A stretch of DNA of 60,654 nucleotides, the filler included, from Dugesia japonica (taxonomy: Eukaryota): assembly GCA_001938525.1 (NCBI GenBank). It is 6 parts of 6 records of this genome, joined end to end, with 100 filler letters (N's around TTAATTAATTAA, not from the genome) between each part and the next. Parts side by side here need not be neighbours in the genome. Positions count along the whole stretch, not along the records: positions 49,287 to 60,654 come from MQRL01644432.1; 5 more parts are not named here. One strand, given 5' to 3'. Both the position numbers and the translations under genes were made by a program. Below the pieces are notes generated by a model, which ran no database searches, was not told the origin of the DNA, and saw only the letters and a list, made by a program, of their open reading frames with translations. Within the stretch, counting starts at the first letter, position 1, and the number at the start of each line of letters is the position of its first letter. Positions 49,287 through 60,654 of this stretch are shown here, piece by piece.

Positions 49287-51325
49287 GCATTTCATTATTA
49301 TTTCTTATAATTTAAAATATGAATTCAACGAATAAGAAATATATTAAAAAAATGGAAGAAAAATTTAGTAAAACAGGTAGAATATTTATTATTTTGTAAT
49401 TGCTTTTTAAAATTTTAAATTTAAGAATTCTAACAGATATATGCAAAGAACGAGGGTTGTTAAACGAAGAGAGACAACCATGCCTTCCGGATGTTATTAT
49501 CAAGCAATATATGGTAGCTGAATTTTGCACACCTGACTGTATTGGGTGTGCAAAGTTTAACCTGTATATTGCAATAAAGAATAATGCGTTCAAAATGAAC
49601 AAATTTAATAATTATTATTGTTTTATTTAATGTTTTAAAAAATAATAAATGTATCATTACTTTATCTTTGATTTATTTAGTTATTTATTTTCAGTTTTTT
49701 ATTTAGTTTTTTCTTTAAAAAAAAATAAAATTAACAAGATTTTTTTTCATAAATATTTATTTCAAAAAAAATTACATGAAGTAAACATTAAGCAAACATT
49801 AAGTTAACAAATTTAGATCGATTTTGTAATATTTTTAACTTTCCAAATGACTCCTACTGAATTAATGAACTTCTTGAAGCCTTTAATCTCAACTTGAATC
49901 ATACATTGACTGTCGTCTTCATATTGGTTCTTATACTTTTCTTTAAAACTAATATAAATAACCTCATTAACCTCAATTTGTCTGCTTAATCTTGCAAACA
50001 TAGCTTCCAGTATATTTCTACCCTTCTCATAAATTCTAGATTGAACCAAACTAAATTTTGATCTTTAATTTTTAATAAAAAAAATTACTTTGAATTCATA
50101 TATAATTGGAGTCTTTAAAAAGAACATCTTGTAATTATGGAAATCTGAAATTTTCCCTAGTTCCACAGTTATTGTTGACACGTTTTTCTTAGTGAGTTGA
50201 TTTTCTTGCACTTTTTGAGTTGTAAAAGTGATTAAAGTTATGCANACCTAGTTGCAATACACACATACTCGTTATTTGTGAGTTCCTCTTGGTAAGTATT
50301 TATTTTGTCAGTTATAATTGGTTACTGGAATTATATACTAGTTGCGATACACACATACTCTCTATATGTAAGTTCCTATTGGTAATTATTTACTATAATT
50401 GACATGATTGGTTATTGGGTTTATATAAAAGGACTTGTTTTTTAAAAAAATTCCCTTTTTACAAAATGAACACTTGTGAAATTGTGATTTTTGAAAACAC
50501 TGTCTAAGGAGAGGAAGAGCTTGAAAATGACATTAACCATGAAGAAATAGAAAATATAATGGATGCTAATGATAACGGAAAAATCGATATTAATGAAGGA
50601 ATAAATGAAAAATAAACTATTGAAGATGAAAAGATGGAAGATACATGTCATGATGGAGATGACTGTGATGGTGATGGCGGTTATTTTGAAATTGAAGACC
50701 AAAATTATGAAAATTATTATGGTAAAAGTTTAATTTAAAATTGGTTTATGTAATTATTTTTTAGAATTAGCGTTAGAAATAATACATGAAAATTTTCCAG
50801 ATTTACTTCATGAATATATGTTGTTGATGATTGAATATTTTAAGAATTTATTTCAGAAAAAAGCAATAGATATGTTTCAAGTGATGGACAATTTCATCAT
50901 AGAACTTCATGCGGGTTTCCCTTTCAATGAAAACAAGAACCAATATGAAGTCTTAAAAGATAAAATTTTGAAGATGAATGAAGAATATCATAAAGAAATG
51001 TTTAATTAATACATTTTATATAATTAAATGTTTTACTGGATAGTTGTTTTCTTTTTTATAATTAGAAATATATACGTTTTTTATAATACTAGGTAAACAA
51101 AAAAAACATTATTTTGAATAAATTAATTTATGATAACTAATTTCATTAAAATATATTTTGCATGGTGACCTCTTATTTCACGGTTAATATGCCAATAATA
51201 TACTCATAAACCCTATACAATCATGAAAATATTTTCTTATAAGTTTTTCATACAACTTAAGGTATATATGGAAAAGTCCCATGTTTTTTATTATTTTCTT
51301 TTCAGAAATAATCTCAACCAATATG

Positions 51326-51545
51326 TTTTTTATTAAAAATTGCAACACTAATGAGACTTTTTATTAAAAATTGAAACACTAATGAGACTTTTTATAAAAT
51401 AATTGCAACCCTAATGAAACTTTTTATTAAAAATTGCAACACTAATGATACTTTTTATTAAAATTTGCAACAGTAATGAGACTTTTATTAAAAATTGCAG
51501 CACTAATGAGAAATTTTATTTAAATTTGCAACACTAATATGCTTG
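51326..51545. repeat. ~30-bp minisatellite (TTTTATTAAAAATTGCAACACTAATGAGAC), about 7 copies
   Basis: Directly visible tandem units. Confidence 0.9.
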
Positions 51546-51682
51546 TTTTATAAAAAATTACTTAATTTTTTTAGTAATGAAAAATTTTCAATGTTTTTAT
51601 CATCTTGTAAAGAAAAGTTTTAATTTGAATATTGTATCATGTAAATATCACAAAGACTCCCCTGTTTGAAATTTTTTGGAAG

Positions 51683-54600
51683 CTATATTTTTATTACCGG
51701 ATCAAACGATTTAATAATATCGATTATTTTTTTATGACCTCGCTTTTTGGCATTACCTATCAGTTGATATCCTCTCTAAATTATCATTTATTAATAAATT
51801 ATTTAGTAAATAACAAATAAATTACTTCATAAGTTGCAGTGATATCACATTTGTTCTCTATCAATATTTTCACAATATCAATATGACCATTCTGACATGC
51901 CAAATGTATCGGTTGATATCCACTCTAAATTATCATTTATTCATAAATTATATAGTAAATAACAAATAAATTACCTTATCAGATGCATTGATATCACATT
52001 TGTTTTCAATCAATATTTTCACAATATCAATATGACCATTCTTGCATGCCCAATGAATCGGTTGATATCCATACTAAATTATCCTTTATTAATAACTTAT
52101 TAAGTAAATAAGAAATAAACTACTTTATCAGATGCATTGATATCACATTTGTTCTCTATCAATATCTTCACAATATCAATATGACCATTCTTGCATGCCA
52201 AATGTATCGGTTGATATCCATACTAAATTATCAATTATTAATAAATTATTTAGTAAATAACAAATAAATTACATAATTAGATACATTGATATCACATTTG
52301 TTTTCTATCAATATTTTCACAATATCAATATGACCATTCTTGCATGTCAAATGTATCAGATGATATCCTCTCTAAATTATCAATTATTCATAAATTATTT
52401 AGTAAATAACAAATAAATTACTAAATCAGATGCATTGATATCATATTTGTTCTCTATCAATATTTTCACAATATCAATATGACCATTCTTGCATGCCCAA
52501 TGAATCGGTTGATATCCATACTAAATTATCCTTTATTAATAACTTATTAAGTAAATAAGAAATAAACTACTTTATCAGATGCATTGATATCACATTTGTT
52601 CTCTATCAATATCTTCACAATATCAATATGACCATTCTTGCATGCCAAATGTATCGGTTGATATCCATACTAAATTATCATTTATTAATAAATTATTTAG
52701 TAACTAACAAATAAATTACATTATTAGATGCATTGATATTACATTTGTTTTCTATCAATATTTTCACAATATCAATATGACCATTCTTGCATGCTAAATG
52801 TATTGGTTGATATCCATTCTAAATTATCATTTAGTTATAAATAATTTAGTAAATAACAAATAAATTACTTCATTAGATGCATTGAAGTCACATTTGTTCT
52901 CTATCAATATTTTCACAATATCAATATGACCATTCTTGCATACCAAATGTATCGGTTGATATCCATTCTAAATTATCATTTAGTTATAAATAATTTAGTA
53001 AATAACAAATAAATTACATATTTATTAGATGCATTGATATCACATTTGTTCTCTATCAATATTTTCACAATATCAAAATGACCATTCTTGCATGCCAAAT
53101 GTATCGGTTGATATCCATTCTAAATTATCATTTATTCATAAATTATTTAGTAAATAACAAATAAATTACATCACTAGATGCATTGATGTCACATTTGTTC
53201 TCTTTCAATATTTTCACAATATCAATATGACCATTCTTGCATGCCAAATGTATCGGTTGATATCCATTCTAAATTATCATTTATTCATAAATTATTTAGT
53301 AAATAACAAATAAATTACATTATTAGATGCATAGATATCACATTTGTTCCCTATCAATATTTTCACAATATCAATATGACCATTCTGACATGCCAAATGT
53401 ATCGGTTGATATCCATACTAAAATATCATTTATTCATAAATTATTTAGTAAATAACAAATAAATTACATCACTAGATGCATTGATATCACATTTGTTCTC
53501 TATCAATATTTTCACAATATCAATATGACCAGTCATACATGTCAAATGTATCGGTTGATATCCATACTAAATTATTATTTATTCATAAATTATTTAGTAA
53601 ATAACAAATAAATTACACCACTAGATGCATTGATATCACATTTGTTCTCTATCAATATTTTCACAATATCAATATGTCCAGTCATACATGTCAAATGTAT
53701 CGGTTGATATCCATTCTAAATTATCATTTATTCATAAATTATTTAGTAAATAAAAAATAAATTACTTCATAAGTTGCAGTGATATCACATTTGTTCTCTA
53801 TCAATATTTTCACAATATCAATATGACCATTCTGACATGCCAAATGTATCGGTTGATATCCACTCTAAATTATCATTTATTCATAAATTATATAGTAAAT
53901 AACAAATAAATTACATATTTATTAGACGCATTGATATCACATTTGTTCTCTATCAATATTTTTACAATATCAATATGACCATTTTTGCATGCCAAATGTA
54001 TCGGTTGATATCTACTCTAAATTATCATTTATTCATAAATTATTTAGTAAATAACAAATAAATTACATCACTAGATGCATTGATATCNNNNNNNNNNNNN
54101 NNNNNNNNNNNNNNNNNNNNNNNNNNNNNNNNNNNNNNNNNNNNNNNNNNNNNNNNNNNNNNNNNNNNNNNNNNNNNNNNNNNNNNNNNNNNNNNNNNNN
54201 NNNNNNNNNNNNNNNNNNNNNNNNNNNNNNNNNNNNNNNNNNNNNNNNNNNNNNNNNNNNNNNNNNNNNNNNNNNNNNNNNNNNNNNNNNNNNNNNNNNN
54301 NNNNNNNNNNNNNNNNNNNNNNNNNNNNNNNNNNNNNNNNNNNNNNNNNNNNNNNNNNNNNNNNNNNNNNNNNNNNNNNNNNNNNNNNNNNNNNNNNNNN
54401 NNNNNNNNNNNNNNNNNNNNNNNNNNNNNNNNNNNNNNNNNNNNNNNNNNNNNNNNNNNNNNNNNNNNNNNNNNNNNNNNNNNNNNNNNNNNNNNNNNNN
54501 NNNNNNNNNNNNNNNNNNNNNNNNNNNNNNNNNNNNNNNNNNNNNNNNNNNNNNNAGATGCATTGATATCACATTTGTTCTCTATCAATATTTGCACAAT

Positions 54601-57430
54601 ATCAATATGACTATTCTTGCATGCCAAATGTATCGGTTGATATCCATTCTAAATTATCATTTATTCATAAATTATTTAGTAAATAACAAATAAATTACTT
54701 TATCAGATGCATTGATATCACATTTGTTTTCTATCAATATTTTCACAATATCAATATGACTATTCTTGCATGCCAAATGTATCGGTTGATATCCATACTA
54801 AATTATCATTTATTCATAAATTATTTAGTAAATAACAAATAAATTACNNNNNNNNNNNNNNTGATATCACATTTGTTTGCTATCAATATTTTCACAATAT
54901 CAATATGACCATTCTTGCATGCCAAATGTATCGGTTGATATCCAATCTAAATTATCATTTAATAATAAATTATTATTAGGTAGATGTGAGCGCACTAGCT
55001 CACTTTAAGTTAGTCTCTGCTCTTTAAAGTGATTTACTTAGTTAGTATCTCTCTGAGATATTTTTGATTGGTCTGTTTTAGGCAACCTTTGTTTATTTAA
55101 TTGTGAGGAGATAAAGTTTTTTCTTAATTTGCAACTATTTGGGCTTTAAATTTAAAATAAATAAATTTTTTTATATTCATTTAAACTAATTTTTTTTTGA
55201 AACTAGGATCATAGTGATCTAGTGTGCTGACATCAACTGTATAATTTACTATCGTGAATATAAAATTTTGGATCGGATCAGAGGTCTTGTCGGGTTTGCT
55301 TTTCGATCAGATATTTGATGAGATCAAATTTTTTTTGGAATTTATTTTTTTTTCCTTTTTTTTGAAAATGTTTTTTGTCTTTTTTCTATAAGCGATGCAC
55401 GATAACCCATAGAACAAATCGTAGAACAGATGATCTGTTATAATTATGGAACCTTTGAAAATCATAAACCATATAATTATTGAAAATATGAAATTAAACA
55501 ATCAATAAATTTATGATTTTTTTAATTTCATATTTACTTAATAGTTATTTTAAATAAAATTTTAATAAGACTTTAAAATTAATTTAATTTTAGGTAAAAT
55601 TAAAGGTCCCATTATTATATGGTATATGAAGTTTAAAGGTTACATATTTTTATGGTCAATGTTATTTAAAGGTCTAATTAATATGGTCAAAATGTGTCAA
55701 ATATGTGCTTAATCATATAAAAAATATGGCATTTATTGAATAACTAACATTTGTGTTGGAATTCCCTAAAATTTTGCGGATCTCAGTCTAGTTAATTATT
55801 AACGATGATGACTGATTGTTTTTAAAACAATTTCAGCGATGTCTAATTATGACCGGTTGTGAACGAATGGAACCACTGCTACTAGAGATGCACAAACCGT
55901 AAATCGAGTTTAGCCTAATTAAAGCTACGTAAACTGGTCGATAAGTTCAATTATGAACGGATTCGATTGTGTGATAACGGATCTTGACTGATTCGCTCCA
56001 TCGGACCGTGCATAACAGAGGATGAAATGAAATGGTATGAAAAGCAAACAAGACTGTTACTAAAACAATACATGAAAATAATTATTATTAATTTAAAATA
56101 ATTAATTTATAAAAATTAGAAAAAGATAAAGAAAAAAAATAAATTTTAAAATTCCAGACAAAAAAATTTATGTCGCGTCAAAAAAAGATAGAGAAAAGAA
56201 AAGGAAAAATAATTTTTAATTTCTCGCCAAAATAAATTATTTTTAAATTTCATACCAAAATATTTTTAAATTAAAACAAAACTTGAGCTCCCGCAACTAA
56301 TCAAACGCAGCTCAAAACCGACCAATAATAGGTAACTCATTTTGAAGCATAATCCCCTCCGGGGAGGAGGTCGATAACAGATCATCTGAGCTACGATTTG
56401 TTCTATGGATTAACGTGGATTGCTTATAAAAGAGACAAAAAAATTTAAAAATAAAATTTAAATTCCAACTAAAAATTTGATCCCATTAAATATCTGATCT
56501 GATCAAAAATTTTAAATCCACGATAACTAGTAATTTATACGGTTGATGTGAGCGTACTGAATCACTATGATTCTGACTTTAAAAAATTTTTTGTTTAAAT
56601 CAGTCAAAAAAATTAATTAATTTTAAATTTCCCGCAAAATATTTTCAAATTTAAACAATACCCGATCACTTCGCAACCAACCAANNNNNNNNNNNNNNNN
56701 NNNNNNNNNNNNNNNNNNNNNNNNNNNNNNNNNNNNNNNNNNNNNNNNNNNNNNNNNNNNNNNNNNNNNNNNNNNNNNNNTGTGCTCATATCTACTTACT
56801 ATTATTTTCCAAATATCAAATAAATTACAAATTTATCAGATGCATTGATATCACATTTGTTCTCTATCAATATCTTTACAATATTAATATGGCCATTCTC
56901 GCATGCCAAATGTATCGGTTGATATCCATTCTATATCATTATTTTTTCATAATTATTCAAAAATATACTTTCGTGAATAAATGAATATCGCATGGATATT
57001 TTAATATTAAATTCATCAATCTATCTCTGCCATAACGACAGGCATGATGTAAAATACTCCATGAATCTTTCTAAATGTAAGTAATTAATTATTGAATTTA
57101 TATAAAAACTTTACATCTTTTATCTGTAGAAATTCTAATTTAAATTTATTTTCAATTTCTTCNNNNNNNNNNNNNNNNNNNNNNNNNNNNNNNNNTTGAA
57201 AATCTCTAAAATTATTTCATAATAACATTTTACAAAATAAATTTTATCATTTTCCAAATATCGATATTTATTAATTAAATTTGTTTGAATCGGAAAATAA
57301 TCAAAATTCTTAAAACAATTTATGAAAACCAAATAAAACATTTTATTAAACCAGAAATTTCCAACATATTTCACTAGCTGAGCGATGACCATTGTCTCAT
57401 GTGCCGGTAGAAAAGAAGAAAAATTATATC
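51683..57430 (-). CDS. Ankyrin-repeat protein, one 33-aa repeat per exon
   Basis: Exons such as 51826-51924 (SGYQPIHLACQNGHIDIVKILIENKCDITATYE), separated by 50-nt phase-0 GT-AG introns at 149-bp period. Divergent N-cap exon 56969-57070 (KDSWSILHHACRYG...), C-cap exon 51683-51775 with stop, upstream non-ankyrin exon ~57115-57430. Confidence 0.92.
54980..56796. mobile_element. Non-autonomous long-TIR DNA element in an ankyrin intron
   Basis: TA|GGTAGATGTGAGC ... GCTCATATCTACT|TA; inverted similarity continues 55130-55445 versus 56375-56650; no ORF. Confidence 0.8.
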
Positions 57431-59170
57431 TGAAAATGCTGATTGAAACAAAATAACATTAAACATTTTTACATNNNNNNNNNNNNNNNNNNNNNNNNNN
57501 NNNNNNNNNNNNNNNNNNNNNNNNNNNNNNNNNNNNNNNNNNNNNNNNNNNNNNNNNNNNNNNNNNNNNNNNNNNNNNNNNNNNNNNNNNNNNNNNNNNN
57601 NNNNNNNNNNNNNNNNNNNNNNNNNNNNNNNNNNNNNNNNNNNNNNNNNNTGATATTTTATATTTTAATTTCCTATTCTTATCTATATTTGGTATTATTC
57701 TAAAGTTTTAATATATCACGTCAATGTGGTGTTTTATAATAATTATAAAAATAAATTTAAACTTATGCGTTAAAACTACATGTTTGATAAAAAAGATAAG
57801 ATAGTGCAAAAGTGAAAAATGTTAACTGCGACTCTAAATCTAATTTCCTGGTAAAATGCGACTTGAGAACCAAAAGATTTTTGAAAACCTTGATGTAATT
57901 GATTTATAAAGGAATCTCTGGTTGGACTAGCAGCTCCTTCTCTGCTGCTGATGTTTCATCATAATTCATTCTNGTTTCAACTGTTTGCAATACAAATATA
58001 TTTTCATCACCTTACATTTCTAAAATACAATTTTAATTCTATCTTTAAAAATAATAAAAGTTGTTAATAGATAAATAAATAAAAATACGATCAAAAATTA
58101 TTCTAACAATAATTGTAATTGTAAAAATAATCAATTTTATTATTCATCGAAAAATTAAAATAAAAAAGTACTTTTGATGTGAAACGCTTGAATCATCCCA
58201 AAACAAAATGATGTTTGAATGAGATTCCTTCCTAAATCCAAATGATAAAGATTAATTCAATAAAACTAATCTCGCCATTTATCGATTAATCCATCAACAA
58301 ATAACTCATTCACAAACCCAATAGAAAATTCTCCAAAAAATCTAAATAAAAATATCAATAAAATGAAAATTAATCCATCTCACAATCCAATCAAATATCG
58401 CCAATCTTTCATTGGATAGATCAAATAATTCAAACAATAATCAAGCGCATCAATTCTATAAAATCAATATCAAATATATTCTCATCAATCATCAAATATT
58501 ACGCAATTTTCTTCATTGATTTATCAGAATTATTTGACCTATATAGCATTGATTTTGTATAATCAATAATTTCCACTCGTCTGAATAAATAAAAATCAAT
58601 AAATGATAATTACAATAATTTATTTCCACTTACACTGCATCTCGGAAATATTGACGAAACACATTGATAACACTAAATAAATCAATTTCAACATAACAAA
58701 TNNNNNNNNNNNNNNNNNNNNNNNNNNNNNNNNNNNNNNNNNNNNNNNNNNNNNNNNNNNNNNNNNNNNNNNNNNNNNNNNNNNNNNNNNNNNNNNNNNN
58801 NNNNNNNNNNNNNNNNNNNNNNNNNNNNNNNNNNNNNNNNNNNNNNNNNNNNNNNNNNNNNNNNNNNNNNNNNNNNNNNNNNNNNNNNNNNNNNNNNNNN
58901 NNNNNNNNNNNAAAATCAATAATTATATATTTTATTTATTCACTTCATTTGGTACAAAATTTGTCTCAACGAATTTGTCTGTGATAAATTGAATTCATCT
59001 CGATACCACAAATACGTTCTGATAATTATCAAATTATTAGCAATATTAATAATAAATTTAATTAATTATTACAAATCATTATTTCTCAAATAATATTCAA
59101 CCAAATATTCATCATGATTATTCAAGCATTTAGTAAATGCGTCATCATTTCTACAATAAACTATAAATAA

Positions 59171-60230
59171 CTAATCAATATTATATTTCCACTTGATAAC
59201 TAATTTGATATATCCATCATTATAACAATAATAATCTGTTATTAATTGATCCATTTTCATTTTCTCTCCTTTTATATCCCAAAAACCATCGATATTCAAT
59301 CCAAATTTATTAAGTTCTAATTTCAACACAGAAAATTTAATATCTTTTTTAACAATCAATTGNNNNNNNNNNNNNNNNNNNNNNNNNNNNNNNNNNNNNN
59401 NNNNNNNNNNNNNNNNNNNNNNNNNNNNNNNNNNNNNNNNNNNNNNNNNNNNNNNNNNNNNNNNNNNNNNNNNNNNNNNNNNNNNNNNNNNNNNNNNNNN
59501 NNNNNNNNNNNNNNNNNNNNNNNNNNNNNNNNNNNNNNNNNNNNNNNNNNNNNNNNNNNNATAAACCCATTGATAACTCTCCTTCATTAATTCATTTTTT
59601 GATAATCTTTCACTAATGTAACCCTTCAAATCATTTAATTCATCAAATTTTGGTATATCAATATATGATTTTGTGATATTATTTTTGTTGTAAAAAATAT
59701 TAACTTCCATTTGTAAATAAATTGAAAAATCAAATTTGAATTTTGCGCTCAATAAAACAAATTNNNNNNNNNNNNNNNNNNNNNNNNNNNNNNNNNNNNN
59801 NNNNNNNNNNNNNTTTTTAACAATCAATTGAACAAATGATGTGATTGGTTCACTGACAAATAAATCCGCAATTAGTTCATCTCTATAAAATCATTAAAAA
59901 AATATAATTTCGTTAGTCCGACAAACTTTTCTAGAAAATCTTCCAAATAACCAATACGCATTTGTTCATTATCTCGCATGTTAATATATTTAATTAATTT
60001 GTTACAATCATTTAAAATGATATTTCNNNNNNNNNNNNNNNNNNNNNNNNNNNNNNNNNNNNNNNNNNNNNNNNNNNNNNNNNNNNNNNNNNNNNNNNNN
60101 NNNNNNNNNNNNNNNNNNNNNNNNNNNNNNNNNNNNNNNGTGATATTATTTTTATCGTAAAAAATATTAACTTTCATTTGGAATTAAATTGAAAAATCAA
60201 ATTTGAATATTGCAATTAATAAAACAAGTT
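59171..60230 (-). CDS. Hypothetical protein with tandemly duplicated, possibly ubiquitin-like domains
   Basis: M(E/K)VNIFY(N/D)KNNI occurs twice ~467 bp apart; GEKMKMDQLITDYYCYNDGYIKLVIK resembles a Ubl C-terminal pattern; many N gaps. Confidence 0.35.
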
Positions 60231-60654
60231 CTAATATTAAAAGAAAATTATCATTCAAGAAAATTATTGTTCAATATCTTTACTTTTGAATGTTGAAAAT
60301 TTTCCCAATTTTTTCAAAGCTTTCAAATCTTCAAAATCGTCATATTTGTAGTAAACCAGTTCGATGGTATTTTTATTTTTATGAATATTTTTTTCAGTTA
60401 AAAATTCCTTTTAATACGATTAAGAAAATTTAAATTTTCAATATTATAATACAATTGATGACTTAATTTTTCAATTGTTCTGATATTTTCAATTTGTTTT
60501 GAATTTTTGGTCTGATTTTTAATATTTTCTCCAGCTTTGTCTGTTGAATTTTTAAAATTAAAACTATTTTCAATTTTTCGCTCCGAATTTGTATTTTTTC
60601 CAGTGTGAAATTGTGCAAAATTTTCAATTTTTATCTCCAACTTTTGGTTATTTT

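Noticed and set aside
49813-51009. Possible small host genes on both strands
   Set aside because: Exon-like pieces exist but no recognisable motif; product cannot be supported.
51826-54960. Regular 149-bp repeats as CRISPR array or plain satellite
   Set aside because: No unique spacers or cas genes, eukaryotic context; units resolve into ankyrin exons with GT-AG introns.
48716-60160. Many ORF-track entries made mostly of X
   Set aside because: Artefacts of N runs lacking stop codons.

Overview
AT-rich eukaryotic (metazoan) DNA with short ~45-70 nt GT-AG introns; the style fits an invertebrate such as a triclad flatworm, but the organism cannot be proven from sequence alone. The window is not one locus. 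Six contigs are joined by artificial 100-bp spacers (N44-TTAATTAATTAA-N44 at 8851, 18818, 31389, 40588, 49187). Host genes: axonemal dynein heavy chain exons, a P5A ATPase (ATP13A1-like), an EAG/KCNH channel exon, and an ankyrin gene built from at least 19 tandem ~149-bp exon+intron cassettes. Much of the rest is decayed TEs (Gypsy, Tc1/mariner, pogo, hAT, MULE-SWIM, a Helitron end, MITEs). The most striking feature is a compact endogenous Polinton/adintovirus-like element (~18918-25380, minus strand). It carries a double-jelly-roll-type capsid, a parvovirus-type PLA2 fused in frame to a DDE integrase, an A32/FtsK packaging ATPase, a GG/GxG-motif core-like protein and a repeat array at its upstream end, with no PolB, protease or penton visible. 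A divergent relic of its last gene lies on another contig (~4150-5020). A chuvirus-like envelope glycoprotein relic and hammerhead-like motifs are also present. All family assignments come from motifs recognised by eye; no searches were run.
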